A DNA stretch of 64,000 nucleotides from Nitrospirota bacterium. Its GTDB lineage: Bacteria; Nitrospirota; Nitrospiria; 2-01-FULL-66-17. Each line of letters begins with the position of its first letter. Positions within the stretch are counted from its first letter, which is position 1. The notes beneath the pieces were generated by a model that saw only the letters and a list, made by a program, of their open reading frames with translations, was not told the origin of the DNA and made no database searches. This document shows, piece after piece, positions 9,941 to 19,098 of this stretch. Made by a program: the position numbers and the translations under genes. Location of the stretch: positions 96,001 to 160,000 of the forward strand of contig JBMOMC010000007.1 of assembly GCA_049325335.1 (NCBI GenBank), written 5' to 3'.

Positions 9941-11416
9941 CTAAAAGCTATATTGCAATTCGGAATAAACGCGCGAATGGTTCGTAAAAAACCCCACGAA
10001 ATGAAACTGACCTGGCAACGGCTCCTCCCCCGGTTTGGCGTCGGAAATGGCCCCATGCAACAGGTCCGCGCCGACGCTGAGTTTGACGCGTTGCGTCAGC
10101 CCGTACTCCATACGCGGTCGCACCAACCACTCCCGGTCGTTGCGAAACAAGAGCACCAAGGCCTGCACCACCAACCGATCGTGCAGGAGCCCCTTGCGCA
10201 CGAACGCGCCGTAGACCGTATCGACCTGGTCCTGGATCATGTTGGGCTCCCAGTCCGGAATGCGGTGTTGCAACACCTGCGCCGACCATTCCGCGCCCAA
10301 CAATGTGCCGTCCACACCCACTGCGTATTTGAGATAGTCTTTCTGCACCTCGCCCAACTGAAGGACGTTCGTCCCGTCCGTCCTGGTGAACCGACTGAGA
10401 ATGGTGCCGAAGAGTTTGTCCTGAACCCAGGCCGCCTCGGCATTGAGAATGAGGCGCCCGAGCGCGGTGGACACCGTGGCCCCGAAAATCTCCAGCCGCC
10501 CCACCCGCGGTTTGAAGGTCACCTCGGTCCTGTTGTTGAACTGACTGGGGCTCTCCACCGTCCGGAACGCAATGGGAAAGTCGTCCCAGGTGGAGAAGTA
10601 ACTGGCGGACAGATCCCACCCGCCGATCAACCGGGAGAGCTTGAGCGCCCATTCGCTATTGTGGACCGTTTGCGCGGGGCGTTTCATCCCCGGAAGGAAC
10701 CGAAACTGTTCAAATTCGCTCTCCCGCGCGGCCGGCTCGTGGGTGCGAAGGTCAGGAATCCACAGACCTTCCAAGGTTGTCTCCCCCATGTACAGGTCGG
10801 CTTTGAGCATCCACAGGGGAATGTAGCGGTCATTGACCTCCCGCAAAATGAATTCGTGGAAATCGAGCGGATTGATCTCGTCCGTGACCCGCGCGCCCTC
10901 GACCACGCCCCACCGAACGATCTGCCGCCCCGCGCGAATGTCCAGGACGCGAAAGTGCACATCCAAGTAGAACTCGCGGAGCTCGGCCCCGGTTTTACGG
11001 ATCTCCACGTTGCGGATATTGTCGATCGTGACCGCGTTGACCTCTGGGCCGGTGTCGATTTCGGACGTGAGGATGGATTCCGGGCCCTTGCGCGGGCTGA
11101 TGGTATCGATGTCGACCAAATCATACGCCGCGTCGTAGTACCCCCGCACCCGCGCGGAGAGCTGCGCGCGCGGACCAAACGTATACCGCGGCTCGAGATT
11201 GACGATGTTGAGCACCTTGACCAAACCGGCGGGTTGGTTGAGGCGCCAAGCGGTTTCGTTGCGCAGATATCCGTTCAGCGTCAGGTGTTCCCGCCACCCG
11301 GGAGACGACGGCGTGTCCCCCGTATCTTGGCTCCACGCCGGTGCGGCGGACACCAGTAGCCCGGCGACCATCACTGCCGCGGCCAGGCGGATCATCCTGC
11401 CCATCGAACGCGTCAC
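9941..11416 (-). CDS. DUF1302-like outer-membrane beta-barrel protein
   Basis: Signal peptide (..APAWS), ELREFYLD and RAGRQIVRWG motifs, amphipathic strands, C-terminal ELQYSF beta-signal. The start could be slightly downstream (11404). Confidence 0.75.
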   Translation of the reverse strand: MTRSMGRMIRLAAAVMVAGLLVSAAPAWSQDTGDTPSSPGWREHLTLNGYLRNETAWRLNQPAGLVKVLNIVNLEPRYTFGPRAQLSARVRGYYDAAYDLVDIDTISPRKGPESILTSEIDTGPEVNAVTIDNIRNVEIRKTGAELREFYLDVHFRVLDIRAGRQIVRWGVVEGARVTDEINPLDFHEFILREVNDRYIPLWMLKADLYMGETTLEGLWIPDLRTHEPAARESEFEQFRFLPGMKRPAQTVHNSEWALKLSRLIGGWDLSASYFSTWDDFPIAFRTVESPSQFNNRTEVTFKPRVGRLEIFGATVSTALGRLILNAEAAWVQDKLFGTILSRFTRTDGTNVLQLGEVQKDYLKYAVGVDGTLLGAEWSAQVLQHRIPDWEPNMIQDQVDTVYGAFVRKGLLHDRLVVQALVLLFRNDREWLVRPRMEYGLTQRVKLSVGADLLHGAISDAKPGEEPLPGQFHFVGFFTNHSRVYSELQYSF

Positions 11417-11417
11417 G

Positions 11418-14400
11418 TCAGAAGGTCTTGCTGACCGACAGGGACGAGGTGTACTTGCGGTAAGGGCCGGTCGCCTGAGCCAGGTTATTCCGCAGTTCGT
11501 CGATATCTTCGGTGCGGTTGAGAGAAAAACTCGAATCGTTCTGCGTCAAATGCGCTCCGAACGAGATCACCAGGTCGCTGCGAAACGTGTAACTGAGATC
11601 CACCCCGTAGCTCTTGGACACGCTCTGAAGAAACACCAGGGTCTCAATCGTGGTGTCGCCGCGCACCGTAGACCTGCGCGTCGGGTTGACGTAGTCGGTG
11701 AACCCTAGACTGTAGGTGAGACTCAGTCCCATCCCAGCCCACAGTTGTCGGCTGAAGCTCACGGCCAGACCTTTCGATTGGCTGACCTGGTCGGCGCGGT
11801 TGGCATCGTTCGTCGACCCGGAAAAACTCCCGCCCACGCTCCCGGAGGCGCCCAGGGACTGCGACAGGGACAGGGAGTAGCCCGTACTCGCGTTTCTCGC
11901 GGTGCTGGCGCCCAGCCCGATCGACGTGTTATAGGAGAGCCCAATCGTCAGACTGGACGGCAACTGCCCGCGTCTAGTCCATGACGCGCCGAGTGATTGG
12001 CCCAGCGACGCCGGTCCATCACTCCCATGGCCGTACGACCACCCGAGGGATCCGCCCACCTCCATGATCGGACTCAGTATGTACTCACCCGAGGTCGACA
12101 GCGCCATACTGACGGACGCGCCCTGCTGATAGACCAACGACGACGATTCCGACAGGGTGAGCCCGCTCCGGAGCCGGACCTGCTCCTCGTTGATCAACGT
12201 GTACGTCATGGTCCCGCCAACGCTACTGGAGACCTCGCTGATGGGATCGGTCTCGCTCGACGCCAAATTCGAGTCATAGCTCCACGGCGTGGCGCGTAAG
12301 GTTAGGCGATAGGGTCTGAGCCGTTGCTCCAGCGTGGCAATGGCGTCTTCCGCGCTCCGGCGGAGGTCCACCGCCTCTTTTTCGGTTCGGTTCGCCAGCA
12401 GCTCCCGCACCTTTCGGTAGTGACGCAACGACAAGGCCATCCGGCGCTGCTCTCCGTAATAAAACGCGAGGTTCCAGTGGACGATGGGGGTGGACGTCCC
12501 GTTCGCCAACTCCACGTTGCGTTCAAACGCCGCGAGCGCGTCGTCGAAGCGTTCGAGGTGCACGAGTACGGTGCCGATCGACGCATATGGAAGCGGCGTA
12601 TTCGGCGCCAACTCCGCGGCCTTGCGGTACGCAGCCAAGGCTTCCTCCCAGCGCTTTTGCTGCTCGAACAGAAACCCCAATTGCAGCGACGGTTTGGCGG
12701 ACTGAGGATTGACCGCGGCCGCCCGCTCCAGCGCTTCCTGAGCCCGGCCGTATTCTTGGAAGTCGGTCAGAATCGCGCCCACGTTGAGGTACGGTTGGTA
12801 ATCGTAGGGGAACCGCTGCGAAGAGGCCATAAACGCATTCAACGCGTCGACGAACCGGCCTTGTGCGCCGAGGACCCCGCCCACCGTGAGCCACCCTTGC
12901 CCCTCCTCAAACCGCCCCAGATAGTCCACCGCGTCCGCACGGCGTTTGTAGGCTTCCTCGAGGAACCACGCGCCTTCTCCGTTGGTGATCGCCAAATCGA
13001 ACCGTCCGACTGCGGCGCGGTATTCAGCCTGCGCTTCCGGCAAGCTGCGGGCATCCCGCGCCTGTTCCGCGCTGTTCTGGAACAACACGCCCAACCAAAA
13101 GTGCGCCAGGCCGTAGGTTGGTAAGACCTCCAGAACGCGCTCGAACGCCCGGGCGGCCACCACCGTGTTCCCGAGGTTAAACGCGGCCAACCCGCGGTTA
13201 AACGCGTAGTACGGATTGCCTTCGTCCAGCGCCGCGGCGCGGGTAAACCCCCGGTACGCGGCCTCATAGTCCAGGCGCTGAAACGCCTCCGCGCCCTCGC
13301 TGAATGATCGGCGCGCTTCCACGGCGAGGCCGCTCTTGAGGGTGTAGACTTTTTCGCGGGCTTCTTCGAGCGCCGGCAATCGACGCCGCGCTTCCACCCC
13401 CTCGCGCACGGGCCCCCGCAACTCCACGACCCGCTGATAGTGCTGGATCGCCTCGTCGAACAACCCCTGCCCGGCTTCGATCTCCGCCAATAAGAACCAC
13501 GCGGGGTAAAAGTCGGGGTCGCCCTCCAACCCTCGCTTGAGCATTCCCATCGCTTCAACGGTCCGGCCGCGTTTGGCCACGATCAACCCAAGCGCCAAGT
13601 TGGCGGGAGCCTGCGTGGGCACCACCGAGACCACGCGCTCAAACAGGCGTTGCGCCTCGTCCACGCGTCCGGACCGGATGGCCTCTTCAGCCGCGCGCAT
13701 CCAGGCGCGCACCTCCACGGCCTGTTCCGGCGTTGCCCCAAGCTGAGACAACCGTCGTTCCGCAAAACGCACGTCCGGGTGGTCCGCCCGCGTCTGGGCC
13801 GCGGCGCGATACGCGGCGACCGCGTCGCCATGACGTTCGGTGCGCTCCAAGAGCCGGCCCAGATTGACCTGCGCGGGGAAAAACGAGGGCTCAACCCCGA
13901 CGGCCGTCCGCCACCGCGCCTCCGCGTCTTCCTCGCGCCCAGCGCGCTCGGCCAAATTCCCGAGGAGCAACAGGGTCTGCAAATGTTTGGGCACCCGCTC
14001 GATGACCGACAGCAACTCGGCTTCCGCGGCCGCGGTCTCCCCGGCGGACAGGGCGCGCGCCCCAGCCAGAAACGCACGTTCAGCCGCCCGGTAGGTCTCG
14101 GCATCGGGGCCGAGTTGATCCAACCGCGAGGCGGCGCGGCGCGCGGAGTCGGAGTCCGGAGCCAGGTCTATGACCCGCCGGTACGCGGGGATGGCATCAA
14201 CCGCGCGGCGTCCGGCCTCGTACGCGCGGCCTAACGCCAACCATGCGGTCGGGTCGTCTGGAAACGCGTCCACCGCGGCGCGCAAGCGGTCGATCGCCTC
14301 CGGCGTCAAGCCCTGCTGCAGCAATGTCATCCCCTCTTGCACCGCCTCCTGCGCCGTCCCTAATTGCGACCACGCGGGGACGGGCACACCAGCCAGGATC

Positions 14401-14456
14401 ACCCAGACCGCAACCATAGGGGCGCACAGCCGTGCGCCCCTACCCCTGATGACCAT
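11418..14456 (-). CDS. TPR-repeat protein with C-terminal outer-membrane beta-barrel
   Basis: Signal peptide and ~700 aa of TPRs, then WSYDSNL and Ser/Gly-rich alternating strands ending SLSVSKTF. Confidence 0.8.
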   Translation of the reverse strand: MVIRGRGARLCAPMVAVWVILAGVPVPAWSQLGTAQEAVQEGMTLLQQGLTPEAIDRLRAAVDAFPDDPTAWLALGRAYEAGRRAVDAIPAYRRVIDLAPDSDSARRAASRLDQLGPDAETYRAAERAFLAGARALSAGETAAAEAELLSVIERVPKHLQTLLLLGNLAERAGREEDAEARWRTAVGVEPSFFPAQVNLGRLLERTERHGDAVAAYRAAAQTRADHPDVRFAERRLSQLGATPEQAVEVRAWMRAAEEAIRSGRVDEAQRLFERVVSVVPTQAPANLALGLIVAKRGRTVEAMGMLKRGLEGDPDFYPAWFLLAEIEAGQGLFDEAIQHYQRVVELRGPVREGVEARRRLPALEEAREKVYTLKSGLAVEARRSFSEGAEAFQRLDYEAAYRGFTRAAALDEGNPYYAFNRGLAAFNLGNTVVAARAFERVLEVLPTYGLAHFWLGVLFQNSAEQARDARSLPEAQAEYRAAVGRFDLAITNGEGAWFLEEAYKRRADAVDYLGRFEEGQGWLTVGGVLGAQGRFVDALNAFMASSQRFPYDYQPYLNVGAILTDFQEYGRAQEALERAAAVNPQSAKPSLQLGFLFEQQKRWEEALAAYRKAAELAPNTPLPYASIGTVLVHLERFDDALAAFERNVELANGTSTPIVHWNLAFYYGEQRRMALSLRHYRKVRELLANRTEKEAVDLRRSAEDAIATLEQRLRPYRLTLRATPWSYDSNLASSETDPISEVSSSVGGTMTYTLINEEQVRLRSGLTLSESSSLVYQQGASVSMALSTSGEYILSPIMEVGGSLGWSYGHGSDGPASLGQSLGASWTRRGQLPSSLTIGLSYNTSIGLGASTARNASTGYSLSLSQSLGASGSVGGSFSGSTNDANRADQVSQSKGLAVSFSRQLWAGMGLSLTYSLGFTDYVNPTRRSTVRGDTTIETLVFLQSVSKSYGVDLSYTFRSDLVISFGAHLTQNDSSFSLNRTEDIDELRNNLAQATGPYRKYTSSLSVSKTF

Positions 14457-14610
14457 GGCCTCCCATCCGCATCCACCGCCCCCACAGAGTGACCCCCACG
14501 GTTACCGCTTCATTCCCTTAACCGCTCGGAAAAACTGGGGATTTGACGCCAACCACAGGAAGGTACCACAGGGGGGCCGACCACACCAGGTGCGCGGGGC
14601 GGTGCCATGC

Positions 14611-14645
14611 AAAAAAAAGGGGAAGCCCATTGCTGGGCTTCCCCT
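14611..14645 (-). terminator. Rho-independent terminator after the 675-aa secreted protein gene
   Basis: Perfect 12-bp stem AGGGGAAGCCCA/TGGGCTTCCCCT with a GCAA loop on the minus strand, followed by a T-run (A8 on plus, 14611-14618). Confidence 0.9.
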
Positions 14646-14672
14646 GTACTGCGTACTACACCTACCGGGTGC

Positions 14673-16631
14673 TTACGGGAGCTGAGTAACCGAGAGTCCC
14701 CCGTTGACAGGCGGATGACCGACCTCATCGAAGTCGGGGAACGCCGGCCAGTTGATGTTGAACGTAATCGACACACCCGTCGAGGGCGGTGCCACGTGCG
14801 GCGAACAGTTCAAGCAAGACATCAGGTAGCTGCTGTTCGTCGGATCATCGTCGCGTTGCTCGACGAGTTGGTTCAACCCGAAGTTGGCAGCAGTTGCCCC
14901 GCCGTTCTCGCTCGCGCCCAAGAAGCTGAACGCATGCCCGTTCGTCTCACGGATCCACCCGCGGAGACCGTTTTCAATGGCCTCTTTGTAGTAGATCGTC
15001 CCGTCATCCGCGCTTCCGTAGAAGCCGTCGGCTCCGGGATCTGACACACAGGAGTTCCAGTAGTACGTGACCCCGCTCACCACCACCGGGGTGCCGAACA
15101 GCGTCGCGCTGTCCGTACATGCCACGTACACGCCGGCGCTCTGATACGGATCGCCGGCCACACGCGCCGGGTTCAGGTCGTTCCCGAAGCGTTTCAACAC
15201 GCTGTCGGCAAGCCCACCGGGGTTGTTGGAGTTGTACACCATGGCCATGGTCACGCCATTGGCGTCAAGTGTCGTCGACACCACGGCGTCGATGGCTCCG
15301 CCTTCGGCCGGATCTCCGCACATGTCTTCGCCGTAGTTATGACCACGGTCCCCACAGATCACCCACGAATACGGGTCCGCGCCTTCTTCCGAGTGTACGT
15401 TCGGCCCGCTGTACACGCGGAACTGGCTGATGATTTGCTGCTCAAAGCCCGTGTTCGGGGTTTGCGGAGCGCCGGTGATTTCATCCGGCGCTTCACCACC
15501 CAAGTATTGGGCCAGGCGGTCGTCGATCACGGACGGCAGTTTTTCCAGATCCGTCAACGTCTTGGTCACCAGGACTGTACCGCCGTTGTTCAACGCCCCA
15601 ATGGTGTCGAGTTTGGTCACCTGGGTGATCTCCAACGCCGTGGCGTCTTCCGCCGCGTTGTCGCTGCCGACGCCGCCGGTGTTGCCGTTGGCGCCTTTGA
15701 TCACGTACAGGTGGAGGTCCTCGTAGTCATTGGGCGTCCCACCATCGATGATGTAGAATTCACACCATCCCGAACCACCACACCCATCGGAATTGTTCTG
15801 GGTGAGGCTGCTGCCGTCCTGATCCAGCGCAAAGTGCCCGTCCAAGTTGCTCATCGCGCGCCACCGAATCACGGTGTGATTGCGCGCAAAGCTCATGGAC
15901 GACCGGATGCTCTGGTTAAACGCCGAGGCATCCAACGCCGGAACCGTGACGGCGTCGCCGCCGCCGGCCGTGTATTTGACCATCAGGTTGTCGACCCAGG
16001 CGGCCCGTTCGTGCGGCCAGTACCGGGGGAACTTCCCAGTGGTCAACGGCTCGCCATGGGCGTCCGTCATTTCCAAAATTCCGTTCAACGCGCCCTGGAA
16101 CGACGAGTTGGCCAAGGCCAACCCAACGTCCCCGCCGGGGCCCGCGGTGCCGACTTCAGGGAAGAACGGGAACCGCTGCGCCAACGGCGCAAACCCGCTC
16201 AACCACTGCCCGCCCGAAAACGAGGGCTGCATCAGCATACGATACCCGGTCCGGTGATGGTCGCCGGACGGCGGAATAAACGGGGTGCCAAACCGCGGAT
16301 CATAGTACAAGCCAGTGGTCCAGGCCGTGAGTGAGGCCGCGCCCCAGTTCCCACAGTCGCCGGCGCCCAGGCTCAGCCCCGCGTTATTGATAAGCGCGTT
16401 ACACGGCCGAATCGTGCCGATGTAGGGGACGTGGATCAACGTCGTCGTCCCCGCAATGCCGGCCGTTTGTCCGGCCGTCAGGAACACGGGGATCAACCGC
16501 CCGCTCCCAGCCGCGCCGGTACCGACTGTTTCGTTGATGGTGAAGAGGTTGGATGCCGACGCGGGCGACGCAAGAACCGCGAGCCCGAGGGCAGCCAGAC
16601 CCAACACCATAGATTTGCTGTGTCTGATCAT
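14673..16631 (-). CDS. Unknown secreted protein, Gly/Thr/Asn/Asp-rich, 10 Cys; candidate major surface subunit
   Basis: Sec signal peptide MIRHSKSMVLGLAALGLAVLASPASA after an AGGAAAGG RBS. An alternative in-frame ATG at 16700 also has a strong RBS. Own terminator. No family recognised. Confidence 0.75.
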   Translation of the reverse strand: MIRHSKSMVLGLAALGLAVLASPASASNLFTINETVGTGAAGSGRLIPVFLTAGQTAGIAGTTTLIHVPYIGTIRPCNALINNAGLSLGAGDCGNWGAASLTAWTTGLYYDPRFGTPFIPPSGDHHRTGYRMLMQPSFSGGQWLSGFAPLAQRFPFFPEVGTAGPGGDVGLALANSSFQGALNGILEMTDAHGEPLTTGKFPRYWPHERAAWVDNLMVKYTAGGGDAVTVPALDASAFNQSIRSSMSFARNHTVIRWRAMSNLDGHFALDQDGSSLTQNNSDGCGGSGWCEFYIIDGGTPNDYEDLHLYVIKGANGNTGGVGSDNAAEDATALEITQVTKLDTIGALNNGGTVLVTKTLTDLEKLPSVIDDRLAQYLGGEAPDEITGAPQTPNTGFEQQIISQFRVYSGPNVHSEEGADPYSWVICGDRGHNYGEDMCGDPAEGGAIDAVVSTTLDANGVTMAMVYNSNNPGGLADSVLKRFGNDLNPARVAGDPYQSAGVYVACTDSATLFGTPVVVSGVTYYWNSCVSDPGADGFYGSADDGTIYYKEAIENGLRGWIRETNGHAFSFLGASENGGATAANFGLNQLVEQRDDDPTNSSYLMSCLNCSPHVAPPSTGVSITFNINWPAFPDFDEVGHPPVNGGLSVTQLP

Positions 16632-16802
16632 CGTCTGTACCTTTCCTGATTGAGCCTCTTCCCCCCATGGGAAGAGGTTATACCTAAGTTGCTTCCGCAT
16701 GTCTCATCACCCCCTTTCCTGCGATAGAGTCGCGGGGCTCACGCCCCGGTTGAAGCCATGGTTGAGAACAACACGTTCAACGGTTCAGTTGATCCGTTGG
16801 TA

Positions 16803-17546
16803 TCAACACTGATGCGCCGGACCGATCAGGGTCAGGCCATCCGGACGGCCGTCATTGTTGGCGTCGGTGAGATCGCCGTTAAACGTAAACGTCCCTCCGC
16901 ACGTGGACAAGACCCCGTCTTCCCGCAACGACTGGGTGTAACTACCTTGACTCGCGATCGGGTTACCGTCCGCGTCCGTCAGCGACCGTACGCTGAAACT
17001 CATATCGAACACCTGTCCCTTCTCCGCCACATTCTGCGAAAATTTATATTCGATTTGTGTGCACCGAGTGGTGGGGGCCGACGGCCCCACCGCGGCGCAC
17101 GCGCTGGTTTCCGTGCTGAGACGAGACAGCAACCCGCTGTCCATGGTCTGGAAGGCGCCCGCTAATTCATTGACCCGACTCGTGGTCAGCGGCGAGCAGG
17201 ACGTAATGGAAAACGGCGGCTCGGTCGCGCCGCCGCGGTCGCAGTTTTGGATCACATCCACGCTGCTGCTGCCCTGGGGCACCCCACACCCGAATTGGCT
17301 GCTCGCACACGCGCCCAAGGCACTGGGGGCGAAGGGATTGGACGTGTCCGGGAACGGATCAGACGGCCCAGTGATCGCAGTCGGATCAAAGCCGCGAAGT
17401 TGGGCCATATTCGCATTGGCGACGTTGCTCAGATTCAAGGTGAAGGCATTTTGACCGAACGCCGTCGAGTTCCACCCCGAGATGAGGCTCCCGATCACCA
17501 CCAATCCTCCGATGACAGCACGGCGGTATCCCGACCACCTCCGCAC
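16803..17546 (-). CDS. Unknown secreted protein, 8 Cys, C-terminal DxNxDGxxD Ca-binding-like loop
   Basis: The ORF track starts at 17720, but the upstream part is an AT-rich promoter region. GTG 17546 gives a signal peptide ending ..STAFG|QNAFTLN. Start uncertain. Confidence 0.65.
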   Translation of the reverse strand: MRRWSGYRRAVIGGLVVIGSLISGWNSTAFGQNAFTLNLSNVANANMAQLRGFDPTAITGPSDPFPDTSNPFAPSALGACASSQFGCGVPQGSSSVDVIQNCDRGGATEPPFSITSCSPLTTSRVNELAGAFQTMDSGLLSRLSTETSACAAVGPSAPTTRCTQIEYKFSQNVAEKGQVFDMSFSVRSLTDADGNPIASQGSYTQSLREDGVLSTCGGTFTFNGDLTDANNDGRPDGLTLIGPAHQC

Positions 17547-17561
17547 CGGCGGATATCCTAA

Positions 17562-17577
17562 TGCAACGTATAGGCCA
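17562..17577 (-). promoter_or_regulatory. sigma54 (-24/-12) promoter for the secreted-protein pair
   Basis: Minus strand reads TGGCCTATACGTTGCA (GG-N10-GC), close to the consensus TGGCAC-N5-TTGCW. Confidence 0.7.
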
Positions 17578-17693
17578 CCGGCAAGCAACAAATACGATTT
17601 CTTCAACCGCTCTGAAAAATCTATGAATTTCATGCTGTTCAGTTTGATCGGTGCTCTTGATGATGTCGAAGGCATCACTGAACTGGGCACAAT

Positions 17694-17709
17694 GAGAAAA
17701 TGTTTTCCC
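17694..17709. promoter_or_regulatory. Candidate enhancer (UAS) palindrome
   Basis: Minus strand reads GGGAAAACATTTTCTC, ~117 bp upstream of the sigma54 site. Resembles 29290-29305. Confidence 0.5.
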
Positions 17710-17749
17710 TCTCGTCGCACTTTTTCCTGATCCGGTTCGCTTTGATGCG

Positions 17750-19081
17750 TCAGAAGTGAAAACTGAGCTCAAGGAGTCCCTCCCAGCCAGACAGTTCAAG
17801 CACCAGATTTGTTCGATCGCGGGCATCTTCTTGGATATCGCCGGTCGTGACGATTTCCGCGGACTCGACGGTCCGACCCTCTCGCGGCGGGAAAAATTGT
17901 TGCGGCAACGCGACGCCGGGGCGAATGGAGAGGGGTTCGGTCGGCGCTTGATTCGGAAACCCGCTCAGAAAATGTTTGGTCACCTTGAGTCGGCGAATCG
18001 TTCCCACGAGATAGTTGGCGCGGCCGCCGACCGAGAGCCATGAGGTGAGCGGGTAGTTTCCGCCGACCCCGAATCGCGCGGTGTATCCCCACCCGAACGA
18101 CTCATCCGAGCTGACCGACGCGAAGTTCAGCTCCGGATTGACCACGTTGACCAACGCGTCCATGGTCAACGTGGCCAAGGTCACGCCCACCAAACCCACG
18201 TTGGCATACACGCCGCGGCCCTGCGGTGTCCGGACCAGGTGATAGCGCCACTCCGCGAAGATCTGATCGAGCACCAGGTTGTAGCGGGCGGACCGCGGCA
18301 CCACGATCGAATCGACGTTGGAGCGCAAGAACAGGTTGATCCGGTCGCGGCCGAACGTCTCGGCACGCCAGCCGGACACGGACAACCCGAACGAGTGGGC
18401 GCCTCCGGCGTGATAGAACGCTTCCACCCCGTATAACAGGCCGCCGTTGAGGCCGTCGACCGCAATGTTGCGTTGTTCGAATCGAAACAGTTCATTGCGC
18501 GGCAACAAAAAATTGGGGTCTTGCAGCACGGTGAGGCGGGTGTCCCTGAGAATGCGATTCAACGTGCCCAGGCGCGGTCGGTAATACCCCGTGATCAAGG
18601 CGTACGACCAGGGGCTGGTGGGCGGCGTCACGGCCGGCCGGGCCGTGGACGGCGCGGGCGCCGGCGCGGCATCCTGAGCGGCGGGCTCGGCCCCGAGACC
18701 CGGAGCAGGAGCACCACCCGCTTCAGCGCCTGCCGGCGATCCCGTCTCCGACGGCGCGGCGACCAACGGCTCGTCCGGAATGGTCTCGGGCGGCGCGGGA
18801 ATGGGTTGGGCCGTCTCGACCGGCGGTGCGACCGACGTCGGGTCCGGTGGGGCGGTATCGGGAACCGCGTCGGGCGGGGGAGCCGACTCCGGCTCGCCGG
18901 AGGTCGGGAGGCCGGTGTCCGACGCCGGGGTCTGCTCGACGGAAGACTCGGTGTGCACCGGGTCCGCGGCACGCGGCGCGCTGTCTTGCGCCGCGGCGGT
19001 TCCCTGCCAAAGCAACGCGGCGAACACGACGGCCGCGAGCCGACGCCGCGCGCGAGCCGAGCGGTTCACGGCGCACACCAT
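17750..19081 (-). CDS. Outer-membrane beta-barrel protein with Pro/Ala-rich N-terminal linker
   Basis: Start reassigned to ATG 19081 (or GTG 19069), just after the MMPL stop. Signal peptide ..LLWQGTAAA, ~120 aa Pro-rich linker, amphipathic strands, C-terminal LLELSFHF. Confidence 0.7.
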   Translation of the reverse strand: MVCAVNRSARARRRLAAVVFAALLWQGTAAAQDSAPRAADPVHTESSVEQTPASDTGLPTSGEPESAPPPDAVPDTAPPDPTSVAPPVETAQPIPAPPETIPDEPLVAAPSETGSPAGAEAGGAPAPGLGAEPAAQDAAPAPAPSTARPAVTPPTSPWSYALITGYYRPRLGTLNRILRDTRLTVLQDPNFLLPRNELFRFEQRNIAVDGLNGGLLYGVEAFYHAGGAHSFGLSVSGWRAETFGRDRINLFLRSNVDSIVVPRSARYNLVLDQIFAEWRYHLVRTPQGRGVYANVGLVGVTLATLTMDALVNVVNPELNFASVSSDESFGWGYTARFGVGGNYPLTSWLSVGGRANYLVGTIRRLKVTKHFLSGFPNQAPTEPLSIRPGVALPQQFFPPREGRTVESAEIVTTGDIQEDARDRTNLVLELSGWEGLLELSFHF

Positions 19082-19098
19082 CCCGGCATGGGAGAGCG

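Noticed and set aside
14790..14820. CLNCSPH in the 675-aa protein as a heme c site
   Set aside because: It is CxxCxxH, not CxxCH. More likely a disulfide or metal site; heme binding cannot be claimed.
17547..17720. N-terminal extensions given by the ORF track (also 9928-10056, 19082-19588, 27163-27294, 36954-37100, 43195-43449, 45254-45391)
   Set aside because: They overlap upstream genes or promoter DNA. Downstream starts have an RBS, a signal peptide or the family N-terminus.
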